A stretch of 64,000 nt of DNA from Octopus sinensis (Eukaryota), in NCBI RefSeq assembly GCF_006345805.1, contig NC_043008.1, forward strand, positions 37,572,001 to 37,636,000, in the 5' to 3' direction. Positions 53,020-64,000 of the stretch are shown piece by piece. Position 1 is the stretch's first letter. The number at the start of each line of letters is the position of its first letter. The notes beneath the pieces are model-generated. The model worked only from the letters and a program-made list of their open reading frames with translations. It searched no databases and had not been told where the DNA came from. Made by a program: the position numbers and the translations under genes.

Positions 53020-53225
53020 CTGACAGAATTGTAAAGAGGCTTGGAAAAATATTTAGCAGCATTTTGTCCTTCTTTACATTCAGAGTTCAAATTCCATCAA
53101 AGTTGGCTTTGCTTTTCATCATTTTTGGGTTGATAAAATAAATATCAGTTGAACATTGGGGACGATTTAAGTGACTCAGTCCTCCCCTAAACTTCCTAGT
53201 TTTGTGCCAAAAATTGAAAGCAATA
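53020..53225 (+). mobile_element. SINE family S2, degenerate
   Basis: gagctgacagaatt...acattcagagttcaaattcc...ttttgtgccaaaaattgaaag. Confidence 0.75.
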
Positions 53226-53991
53226 TTAACACTTGGAATTTATTTAAAAAATAAATTTGGCTTTTTTAAAACACTGAGGTAGTCAATGATTTCTGGTGGT
53301 TAGTTGTAGAGTGGCATATGTTTTGGATTTATAGTGTTCTAAATACTGTTTTCAATGATTATTATTGATGGATGTAATTTCTGGAAGTAAACTGAAAGAA
53401 ATCATAAATTGTCATGTGCCTGGGGAACCACAAAAACCAAAACAATAATGTAGATATTGGTTCTTAATACATTCTGACAGATTTTTAACCTGAATATGCT
53501 AATTATTGTATTTTGTCTGTGGAGAACAGCTTATCTATCCATTCAGAATCAAATGAGACACCACAGTCTGTTGACTAGGCTGTGTCTCTTCAGTCAAACT
53601 TACTTCCAGATCAATGAATCTAAACAAGAATTTTGGCTCTTGTTTATAGAAGTCAGTGAACAATTTATTTGCTGGTGCTTCCTGATGTCTGCCGTACCAA
53701 CAAAAAATTATTACAAGCATGAAGAACGGTGAAAATCAAAACAATGTCGTATATATTCATTCTTCATACATTCTAGCGGATTTGAACACAAACATGCTAA
53801 TTGCTGTTGTATATAGTTTATGGAGAACAACTTTTCCTTTCAGGCAATGTGTATTCATAACACACTCAGTTCATTGAGAAAAGGGAACTTTGCAAAAACC
53901 CTTACTAGAAATCAAATTAGCAGATACATACAATATCAAACACTGCAAAGAGACCCTGTAGCAATATTAACTAAGTAATGATCTTTAGTGT

Positions 53992-54740
53992 GGAGGCTCG
54001 TGGCTTAGTGGTTAGGGTGTCTGCACCATGATCGTAAAATTATGGTTTCAATTCCTGGACCGGGCGACGTGTTGTGTTCTTGAGCAAAACACTTCATTTC
54101 ATGTTGCTCCAGTCCACTTAGCTGGGAAAAATGAGTAACGCTGCAATGGACTGGCTTCCCATCCAGCTGGGGAACACATATGCCATAGAACCGGGAAACT
54201 GGGCCCATGAGCCTGGCTAGGCTTTAAAAAAGGGAGCATGTGGTGGCACGTGACTTAGTGGTTAGGGTGCCAGCATCATGATCATAAGATTATGGCTTCA
54301 ATTCCTGGACCGGGCAAAGTGTTGTATTCTTGAGCAAAACACTTCATTTCATGTTGCTCCAGTGCACTCAGCTGGCAAAAATGAGTAACGCTGCAATGGA
54401 CTGGCGTCCTGTCCAGCTGGGGAACACATACCCCATAGAAACCAGGAAACTGGGCCATGAGCCTGGCTAGGCTTTAAAAAAGGGAGCATGTGGTGGCACG
54501 TGACTTAGTGGTTAGGGTGCCAGCATCATGATCATAAGATTATGGCTTCAATTCCTGGACCGGGCAAAGTGTTGTATTCTTGAGCAAAACACTTCATTTC
54601 ATGTTGCTCCAGTGCACTCAGCTGGCAAAAATGAGTAACGCTGCAATGGACTGGCGTCCTGTCCAGCTGGGGAACACATACCCCATAGAAACCAGGAAAC
54701 TGGGCCCATGAGCCTGGCTAGGCTTTAAAAGGGTGCATTT
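53992..54740 (+). mobile_element. Head-to-tail trimer of SINE family S3, period 250 bp
   Basis: A-box TG(G/A)CTTAGTGG at 54001, 54251 and 54501; B-box-like GG(T/C)TTCAATTCC. Copies 2 and 3 are almost identical; copy 1 is diverged. Confidence 0.97.
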
Positions 54741-55139
54741 ATTTATATTTATATGATCTTTAGTGACCTCCATATAAATAACACTGCACTGAGTGAACAT
54801 CTCCATCTCAGTATTGGGTCCATGTTTTGGTATTTTCAATGCCTCAAAGACGGCAGATTGGTGTGCAAAACATTACCAATGAGATGGCAAAGTACAACTG
54901 AGTGCAAATATTTCAAAGAGTTTCTTCATGAGAGTGACAATTGATTGAGAGATAATTAAACAGAATATAATTAAAGTCTGGTTTCTTCTTAAGATAGGTG
55001 CAATAGCTGGATTTTTTAGACATTCCACTGAGGAAGTACTTAAGATTAGAGTGACTATAAACAAGGAGACAATATGTCTAGGAGAAGGTTTATAATAAGA
55101 TTAGTAAGGAAAGTTATCATTTGGAGATAATTTTAAATT

Positions 55140-55433
55140 AGATTTCCTATCAGCATATAAATATATAAATACATACCCCCCCCCCCACAATATATATATA
55201 TATATAATATATATTATAGCACATACATACATATATATATTTATATATTATATATATATATAATATATATAATATATATTATAGCACATACATACATATA
55301 TATATTTATATATATTATATATATATAACATATAAGACACACACACATGTACATATACATACATTTATATATATATGTATATATAAAATATATATATGTA
55401 CATACCTTTATATGTATGTATGTGTGTATGTAT

Positions 55434-55465
<32 letters not shown>

Positions 55466-56530
55466 CATGTACATACATACATTTATACACACACACATAT
55501 ATCTATATATATGATATATGATATATATATGTATATATGTATGTGTATATGTGTGTGTGTGTGAGTGTATATATATGTGTGTATGTGCATGTATATATAT
55601 ATATATGTAGAGAGAGGGAGGGGGAGAGAAAGGCAGACAAACAGACAGAGAGTGAAAGAGAGAGGAAGGATGTGAGGATGCTGGGGAAAAGAGAGTATGT
55701 GAGGTAGGAAGAATGAGTGAAAGAAGAAAAGGAGAGAGAGGAAGGGAGAGGAATTTACTTTGTATTCAAATCTTTTCAGGGAATTTTGGGGGATTTCTGT
55801 CTTTACTGATCCAAGAATATTGATTTTTGTTTTATTGAATTTCTTTCGTAGTGTGATTCACATGAATGGAGATTCTGATTAGATTTTCTGGTTCCATTTT
55901 CTTGGAACTGGTTTCATTTTCTTTCTCTGTAGATGCATGAAGACACCGTCTCACACACTTGCAGGGTACACATTCTACCTTGTGCATTGCTTTATCTCCC
56001 CATTCCCACCACCACCACCACCTACACCACCACCCATGCCATCGCCACTGCTGCCACTACCATCTCTGCTGCGGCCACCACCACCACAACCAATGATACC
56101 ATTGACTGAACAACACTACCAATACTAGAAGTCTAATGGAAAGTCGATGCTTGATGGGTTCATCCCTTCCCTCTCTGCCTCTTTCTCTCCTCCTCCTCCT
56201 CATCACCATCATCATCACTGTTGCTGTTGTCGTCATCCTTACCATTATCCGCACCATCGTCATCATCGTCATCATCATCATCATCATCATCATCACGCTT
56301 ATCAGCATTATATCATCATCATCGTCGTCGTCGTCGTCATCATCATCATCGACATCGTCATCATCATCATCATCATCATCATGCTTATCATCATTACATC
56401 ATCATCGTTGTTGTTATTGTCATCATCATCATCATCATTATCCATCATCGTCGCCATTTTCATCCTTATCACCATAGTCCTCATACACTTATTTCTCCTC
56501 TTCCTCCTTCTCCTCAACATCATCATCAGC
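55140..56530. repeat. TA-rich microsatellite (55140-55610), polypurine tract (55610-55755) and (CAC)/(CAT)/(CGT)n low-complexity block (56000-56530)
   Basis: Directly visible; source of the poly-H/S/I ORFs. Confidence 0.92.
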
Positions 56531-56840
56531 AGCATTATCCCCTTCATTTCATGACCACTTTCCATGCTGCTAGTATGGGTCAGAGGAGTTGTTCTTATTT
56601 GGAGTTATAGCTTTCTATGAAGTGTCAGAGGCCTAAGTCTCTCCCAAGCATTTCATTTCTAGCATGTTTTCTATGACAGCATCCTCTTCCTATTCCTAAC
56701 TACTTTACAGAGAGTATATATCCTAAAAATGCTACCACAAGTCTTGCATTTAAAGGTATTTGGAATCCAAAGTATAAATCAAGACAGGAGTGGTGCAGGT
56801 GAACAGAAGATCAAATGTAAATGGCTAGATTCTTTTACTA

Positions 56841-57244
56841 TTCTACTCTTTTATTTGTTTCAGTCATTTGACTGTGGCCATGCTGGAACACTGCCTTTAG
56901 TCGAAGAAATCGACCCCATGACTTATTCTTTGTAAACCTAGTACTTATTCTATCGGTCTCTTTTGCTGAACCGCTAAGTGACGAGGACGTAAACACACCA
57001 GTATTGGTTGTCAAGCAAAGTTGGGGGACAAACACAGACACACAAACATATACACACACATACACACACACACAAACACACACATATTTATGATGGGCTT
57101 TTTTCAGGCTTTTTTCAGGCTTTGGTCGTCCTGGTCGGCCTGAGACTATAGTAGAAGACACTTGCCCAAGGTGTCACGCAGTGGGACTGAACCCAGAACC
57201 ATGTGGTTGGTAAGCAAGCCACTTACCACACAGCCACTCCTGCG
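56841..57244 (-). mobile_element. SINE family S1, full length and young
   Basis: Reverse of 1645-2024 from tail (tactcttttatttgtttcagtcatttgac) to head (accacacagccactcc). Confidence 0.93.
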
Positions 57245-57289
57245 ATTGGTCCTTTTTGATTGAATAATATAATAAAATGAAAACAAGCA

Positions 57290-57960
57290 CAGGTATGGCA
57301 ATGTGGTTAAGATATTCACTTCTCAATCACATGATAACACATTCAGTACCAACATGTGGAAAGACCAAAGTCATGTGAGTGGATTTGGTAGATAAAAATT
57401 GAAAGAAGCCTTTTGTATGTGTGTATGTGTGTGAGTGTGTATGTGTGTGTGAATGTGGCAACCATAACAGTGGCATGTAACAAGCACCCACTACACTCTC
57501 AGAATGGTTGGCGTTACGAAAGGTATCTAGCTGTGGAAACCTTGCTACAACAGATTGGAGCCTGGTACAGCCTATGGGCTTGCCAGTCTTCAGTCGAACC
57601 ATCCAACCCATGCCAGCATGGAAAGCGGTCGTTAAACGATGATGATGATGATGGTGATATATATGTATATATATATATATCACCACCAACACCTCCAGCA
57701 CCACCACCACCACCACCACCACCAACACCACCACCATCATCATCATCATCATTTTCATCATCATCATCATTTTCATCATCATCATTTAATGTCCGTTTTC
57801 CATGCTGGTATGTGTTGGACGATTTGACAGGAGCTGATCAGCTGATGGGCTATTCAGGCTCCCTGTAAGTCACACATTATTTCTATGGCTCGATGCCTTT
57901 CCTAATGCAAACCATTTTACAGAGTGTATTGGGTACCTTTTAAGGTAGCACCAGCACTTA
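57290..57960. mobile_element. S1 head fragment (+, 57290-57420) and two tail-to-tail RTE 3' UTRs (+ 57470-57652; - 57770-57960) around (CAC)/(CAT)n
   Basis: ccaacccatgccagcatggaaagcggtcgttaaac(gat)n on +, and (cat)n-ttaatgtccgttttccatgctgg on -. Confidence 0.8.
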
Positions 57961-58389
57961 TAAGCTCATGGCATCACATAATAACTGGTCATCTTGCTTT
58001 TGCCCATCACTTGGTATTAATCACAAAGACTCTGAGAATGATTTTCATGTTATACAACTGTTTATTACAATAATCTGGATTCATACGGCTATCATTTGGT
58101 GGTGACCTCTTTTGTTATTCCATCTTCTGAAAGTCCTATGGTAGAGTGGTGCCGTATGCAGACCATTTGGGTACACAGAGTAAGTTACACCTTTTCTTTG
58201 CTGCCTATACTTCAAACTATGCAGAGCTGCAGTAGGATTGAATAGTCATCTGAAAGGTGATGGATGGAAAGTCAGAAATGCCACTGACAACAATGAAGCA
58301 CATGGGGACAGCAATTATCTGTAAAGATGGAGCAATCACCATGTAAGTATGTATGTATGTATTTATGTATCTATGTATGTATGTATGTA

Positions 58390-58782
58390 CTAGCAGTATT
58401 GCCTGGCGTTGCTCAGGTTTGTTTCGACCCTTTAGAATTGGAATCTTTGAAAAGTAAAAATTTTGCATTATGTAGCTTGTTTTTCTCTTTAAGTGAACAT
58501 TTTTTTGGCTGAAATACACCGAAAAATGGCGACACAACAGTAAACAAATCGTAAAAAATAGGGATTTTCATAGAAAAAAAAGCACCTTTTTGATGTAAAT
58601 AAATTTTGGTTTTAACATGGTCCGATTTGAATTTTATCTCCTACGGAATGAAGAGCAAGCCTTCTTCTATCATACTATCAATTTTGGTCAATTTGCACCG
58701 CAGGGTCTCGGAGGAGATAGTGTTAGTTGAAGGCTACAAAACCTGCCACACACAGACAACTTCAGTATTATATATATATAGA
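58390..58782 (-). mobile_element. Non-autonomous Helitron family C, sharing its 3' end with family B
   Basis: Minus strand starts A|TCTATATATATATAATACTGAAG and ends CAAACCTGAGCAACGCCAGGCAATACTGCTAG|T; interior differs from 44116-44511. Confidence 0.88.
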
Positions 58783-59375
58783 TTTATGTATGTATGTATG
58801 TATGTATGTATGTGTGTCTGTGGATATACGTTGGTATGTATATGTGTGCACATTGAGGTATCTTTGTCTTGACATCTTGTGATAGTTGTGAGCCTCACCA
58901 TCATACAAGTGATGTCATTTATTTTCATTCTTCTGTGAAAACATGTCCAACCAATGGGAAATATTACCTAGCAAAGAAAATGGTGAATGTTGGTAATGGG
59001 AAGAGCATCCAGCTGTAGAAAATCTTCCCCCTCTTCCATCTAGCAAGGAAAATGGAAAAACTGTAAAAGTAAATCTTAAAATGTTTACTGCTATTGTTAT
59101 TAAAGCTGCAAACATTAACTGTAACATTTTCTCAAAGATTTATGTAGCAAAAATATAGAACATTACAACGAAAATAGTCACAGACCATTAAACTGATATT
59201 GCAGTTGACATACAGTTGGAAAATGAGATCTAAGATGGCATTTAGTATTTTTAGGAAAAGATATGCAAACGTAACTATTGGTGCAAGCATGGCTGTGTGG
59301 TTAAGAAGTTTGCTTGGGAGCCACATGGTTTTGGGTTCAATCCCATTATGTAATAATTTCTGCAAGTGTCTTTTG

Positions 59376-59427
<52 letters not shown>

Positions 59428-59436
59428 TTTATATAT

Positions 59437-59790
59437 TCTTTTCTTTTATTTGTTACAGTCATTTGACTGCAGTTATGATGGAGCACTACCTTTAGTTGAA
59501 CAAATCGATAAGCCTAATACTTATTCTATTGATCTCTTTTGCTGAACTGCAAAGTTATGGGGATGTAAACACACCAACATCGGTTGTCAGGCAATGGTAG
59601 GGGGACAAACACACTAACACACACATATCTGATGGGTTTCTTTCAGTTTCTGTCTATCAAATCCATTCACAAGAATTTGGTCGGACCAAGCCTATAGTAG
59701 AAGTCACTTGCCTAAGATGTCATGCAGTGGGACTGAACCCGGAACCATGAAGTTGGTAAGCAAGCCACTTACCATACAGCCACTCCTGCA
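59437..59790 (-). mobile_element. SINE family S1
   Basis: cagtcatttgactgcag...gtgggactgaacccggaaccatg...ccatacagccactcc; an S1 head fragment (+) lies at 59278-59355. Confidence 0.9.
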
Positions 59791-59793
59791 CCC

Positions 59794-59824
<31 letters not shown>

Positions 59825-60024
59825 TATTAATGTGGGTTTAGAAGGATATATTTTCCGGTTGGCCTCTGTGGCGACTCTCAGTTATGTTCCAGGTTACAGC
59901 TAACTGCAGCAATTAGTATTTAACGTCTATGACTACTTGGAGTTGTCACTCATATTGTAAATTCCTCTGATGCGTAATTCAATGTTCGCTTCACTGGATC
60001 ATATCATTTGGAGTGTATAGTTGC

Positions 60025-60626
60025 AATTATTATAATGATACAGAACATGGCGACTGGTACATCCTCAAAATTTATTTCCTTTTATTTTATGGTCATACAG
60101 CATATTTTTATGGTTATGCTGTCCTACACCTGTTTCTGCTGCTCAGAGTATGAGCAGTCGCATATGCAACCAGGCATAATTTTGCCTTTCCCTTGGATAA
60201 CATCGGTGGCATGGACAGAGGAGGTTGGTATGCGTGGGTGATTGCCTGGACTTGTGCCTGGGAGGGTAACTTTCTAGGTGCAATCCCATGGTCATTCATG
60301 ACCGAAGGGGGTCACAATTTATATATATATACATAATTTTCTGTACAGTTTCATTCAGAATCTTTCAACCAACTTGGCCCAAAGTAAATTGAATTCGGTT
60401 ATTTGTTTATTGGGCAGGATTCAAGAGAAAGTGAGGGACGGTTTGCTTGAATCCTGAATCTGATATGGTTGTAGAATTCTATGGTTGATGGTTGAAACAC
60501 TCTGAATGAAGCTACAGAAAGACATGTAGGTTATAACCATAAAAACATATTGTATGACATACCATAAAGTAAAAGGAAATAAATTTTGAGGATTCACCAG
60601 TCTCATATTCTCTATCATTATAATTA
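60025..60626. repeat. Inverted repeat pair with arms of about 125 bp (60025-60150 vs 60499-60626)
   Basis: aattat.ataatgata.agaa.atg..gactggt..atcctcaaaatttatttcctttta.tttatggt... occurs on both strands, including an identical 24-bp core. Confidence 0.85.
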
Positions 60627-60636
60627 TATATATTTT

Positions 60637-60772
60637 AAAATGTAACCACATGTGGATCATTGGTGATTTTTTTCTCTCCGTCTTCCTTTGCCCTTGGACT
60701 TTCCTCTGTCTCCTGTTTCTGATGAAGAGCTTTGCCCCAAAGGTTAAAAACTACCTTTCTTTCCTTCCCTGA
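60637..60772 (+). mobile_element. Penelope-like terminal repeat family 2 with a hammerhead remnant (60715-60750)
   Basis: GTTT-CTGATGA-A-GAGC-ttt-GCCC-CAAAG-GTT-AAA; homologous to 18544-18748. Confidence 0.6.
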
Positions 60773-62154
60773 TTATTTATGGAGTATGGCTAACCATACA
60801 GTTTGTAGGGAAGATGTAACTGAGTAGCTATGACTCTGGATAACCAACTCAAAGGTCTTGAGTTCAAATCGATTGCTGCACGAGTATTGCTGCTGTCTGT
60901 TTTGAGTTACACATTTGATTCTATAGTCTTTATTTTGCCAAACTGTTTGTAAGAAGTATCATGTGGTCTGTTAATGTGAGACCAGATCAAATAGACTGGT
61001 AACAGTCTATTTAATATAACAGTCTTTGCTATATTGATTAATTACTTTCTATCTTGTGGTGCATATTTACAGTTAGGTGACCTGGGCTCTATGAAAGTTA
61101 AATATTTTTGTATGCACACTGTATAGAAACTCTGAATAGCCCACTAAACTCCAAGGCCCCATTAAAGGTTCGATTGATGCCTAACTCTAATGTTATGGTG
61201 ATGAGTGATTAGTGGGTAAAGCTGTATGGAATTTTACTCTATGACAGGTAACACTCCCAGATGTTCTGATTCCACTTCTCAACAAATAATGCAGAATGCA
61301 GAATAAAAAGTTGGTATTAATAAACTTAATGATACACCAACAGCAGATTTCCAGCTCATAACCTGTGCACAGGTAGTTCGGTTGATTATACACATAGACT
61401 AATGTTAGATGATGCACTGTAAAGAGCATTTGCACCATGTGATACCAATGAAAGGATATGAATGGCAGGCCTCCCAACTGGCTGGCTGGTTTGATGGCTG
61501 GCTGGCCGGATGTTTCCTTTATTCTATTATGTTCATTATCCTCTACTTTTCTCACATCAATAATACTAAGTTTTATTAAAATATGAATGCAGAAGTAATA
61601 TATAAATAAATAAACTGAAAATAAATAAAAAGTCATAAACAAGAAATTAGCAACCACAGGACTGATTTCTGAGCATAGAATATATTTGCAAATGAAAAAT
61701 TATGAGATTAACAGTTAAAGTCTATCATAGTGGTAGGTGCCTTGTGGCAAGATAACAACATTCATAATACCTAAGGATTATACAACTCATAAAATATATT
61801 TAATAAAATCATGGGTACATTTTTGGCTTGAGAAAACTGTCACACTCCATCAAATGTAGATTTAATTAGCTTAAAAATAAATTGCAAAAAAAAAAAGAAA
61901 TGAAAAATGGAAGAATGTGATGCATTTTGTAGGTTTGTCTATAACTGTTGTTGTGCTTAGTTGTCTAAATTAAATTTGTATTGGTATGTTTCACGTGACA
62001 GAGAGTAAACCATAACAGATTTCTTATGTTGTATATAAACTATATTTATTAACTTCTTGATATATTTGGTCTTTGGGCATTAAGCCATGCTACTATATTC
62101 AGTACAGTCCTTCATATAACTAAAGATTGTATAGCCATGGGTGAATGCCTTTAA

Positions 62155-63260
62155 CCTTTCAGCATTTAAACTAACCATGTCCGGCCCAAATATTCTACCT
62201 GTTTTATTTTCAAAGTGGCCAGATCAACACTCTCACACCTTTCCTACAATGTCAAAGAAGTTTGCTCTCTAACTACATAGGTCTGAGTTCAGTCCCACTG
62301 CATGGCACCTTGGATAAGTGTCTTCTTCTATAGCCTCAGGTCAGCTAAAACCTTGTGAGTTGATTTGGTGGATGGAAACTGAAAGAAGCCTGTCATATAT
62401 ATGTCATATATAATAAAAAAACTGCAATGGTCTTATTCTCCACTTGATAAATGGTGGTATAAATTATTGTGACCAGGAAACCCTGGGTAGCTGCATTTAA
62501 TAAGATCTGTGTTTTTTTATTATAAGATTATCTTTACTCTCTTAGTTGATCAAGCACTTTTCTACTTGAAGTATTACCACACAATTATGTCTATGTACAT
62601 ACATATATGTGTGTGTGTGTTTGCTCCTCTTCCACTGCTTGATAAGCAGTGTTAGTGTGTTTATGTCCCTGTAACTTAACAGTTCAGCAAAAGAGTACAA
62701 TAAATTAAGTACCTGAATTAAAAACATAGGTAGTAGGGTTGATATTTTTTTATTTATGCGCCCTTTTCAAACCTAACCAGGCTCATGGGCCCGGTTTCCC
62801 AGTTTCTGTGGTGTATGTGTTCCCCCCAGCTGGACGGGATGCTAGTCCATCGTAGCGTTACTCAGGAAACAGGAAGAAAGAGTGAGAAATAGTTGGGGCG
62901 AAAGAGTACAACAGGGGTGCCACCACCCCTGCTGGAGCCTCATGGAGCTTTAGGTGTTTTTGCTCAATAAACACACACAATACCCGGTCTGAGAATCAAA
63001 ACCGCGATCCTCCGACCATGAGTCCACTGCCATACCCCTGGGCCATTGCGTCTCTACAGTAGGGTTGATTCATTCAAGTAAAATTCTTCAAGGTGGTGCC
63101 CCAGCATGGCCATAGATTAATGACTGAAACAAGTAAAAGTTAAAAGATAAAAGAATCATGACTTTGAAATCCCAAAGTTACATGATAATACAGGATTAAC
63201 TTTAAAGAATGAGAATAAAAAAAGTATTACTTTTGACAAAATAATTTGAATGCTAAAGGG
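62155..63260. mobile_element. piggyBac-like MITE (TTAA flanks) containing nested SINEs
   Basis: TTAA|CCTTTCAGCATT ... AATGCTAAAGGG|TTAA (10/12 TIR match); S1 inserted from about 62258 to 63155. Confidence 0.75.
62744..63057 (-). mobile_element. SINE with an S3-type 3' tail but a different head and body, inserted into S1
   Basis: Perfect 12-bp TSD AGTAGGGTTGAT (62732-62743 and 63058-63069); A-rich tail; 3' end gagtaacgct.cgatggact.g...cccatgagcctgg shared with the 54-kb trimer. Confidence 0.92.
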
Positions 63261-64000
63261 TTAAACAGAGATTTGTTCAATAAAGACTGACCTGGGGTTA
63301 AACAACAGCAATAAAGAAACACTATAGAAAGAAAATTATTGTAATGTTGTGGTGTATCCACAGTTCAACTCTAAAATCTCATTCAGAAAAACAAGCAAAG
63401 ACTAAGGAGTGAAAGTGCAGACAAGCATGGGAAAAAAATGCCTGAGGAACAGAACATCGATAAGGTCACAAGGTGTGATTAAAGGACTTTGACAAAGCAA
63501 TTAACTAATTAATTGATTAATTGGTTAGTCAAAGTTTAATTAAATTGGTTGGTTAAAGTCTAATTAAATAATTAGTTAACTGGTAATAAATCAGAAATGA
63601 ACTACAATTACTAGTAATATTCTATTGGAAAGAAAAATAAAACAATCCCCAGAAGTCCACCAATGTTTGATTCAGCATATAATGCCATATCAACAATTGA
63701 GTAAAACACTCAAAAATGAAATGCATTTTTTCAAATATGTTTTTTTTTTCATTATGGCTGATAACAAGAAACATTTTCCACCATGGCCATCCAGATGTGT
63801 GTGAAAAAATATTTATGAGTATTTGAATGAGAACATGTAAATCAAGTTTTATGAATGCATAAATGTGTGTAAATTTTCATGATATATGTACACATATGTG
63901 AATGTGTGTGGTGTGCGTATATACAGGTGTGTATGAATGTAAGTGCTTATATGACACACACACACACACATATGTATATATATGCACAAGGAGCCATGTT

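Noticed and set aside
53992-54740. CRISPR-like regular array (also 17284-17684)
   Set aside because: Units are whole SINEs or AT minisatellites with no unique spacers, and the context is eukaryotic.
55610-55755. Polypurine tract as possible triplex or G4 element
   Set aside because: No mirror symmetry or four regular G-runs; ordinary low-complexity DNA.
61193-61657. 154-aa minus-strand ORF
   Set aside because: It begins in a low-complexity T-rich stretch and shows no identifiable domain or splice structure.

Overview
AT-rich, microsatellite- and transposon-dense eukaryotic DNA. The repeat families look like a coleoid cephalopod (Octopus-type) genome; this is inferred from recalled SINE/RTE consensus sequences, not from a database search. 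It reads as intronic or intergenic. No host protein-coding gene can be identified with confidence, and almost all ORF-track entries are artefacts of (TA)n/(CA)n/(AAT)n/(CAT)n repeats or antisense transposon fragments. Well supported content: (i) three tRNA-derived SINE families in many copies (S1, S2, S3; labels are mine), including a head-to-tail trimer and a nested insertion with a perfect 12-bp TSD; (ii) RTE-clade LINE relics (APE endonuclease, YADD RT, C-terminus and many (GAT)n-tailed 3' UTRs), plus R4/Dong-like and CR1/Jockey-like fragments; (iii) two mariner transposase relics with TIRs, a hAT MITE, a piggyBac-like MITE and several fold-back elements; (iv) a decayed Helitron Rep (HUH) gene and four non-autonomous Helitrons. 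The most interesting signal is three unrelated repeat families that each carry a decayed Penelope-type minimal hammerhead ribozyme. Two of them occur as inverted pairs, and one is fused to a tRNA-derived Pol III head, giving a SINE/retrozyme-like hybrid. Also notable are a very young, near-perfect 265-bp GC-rich fold-back element carrying CRE and GC-box motifs, a perfect (AAT)11-AT-(ATT)11 palindrome, several local templated duplications, and a weak candidate chain of plus-strand micro-exons.
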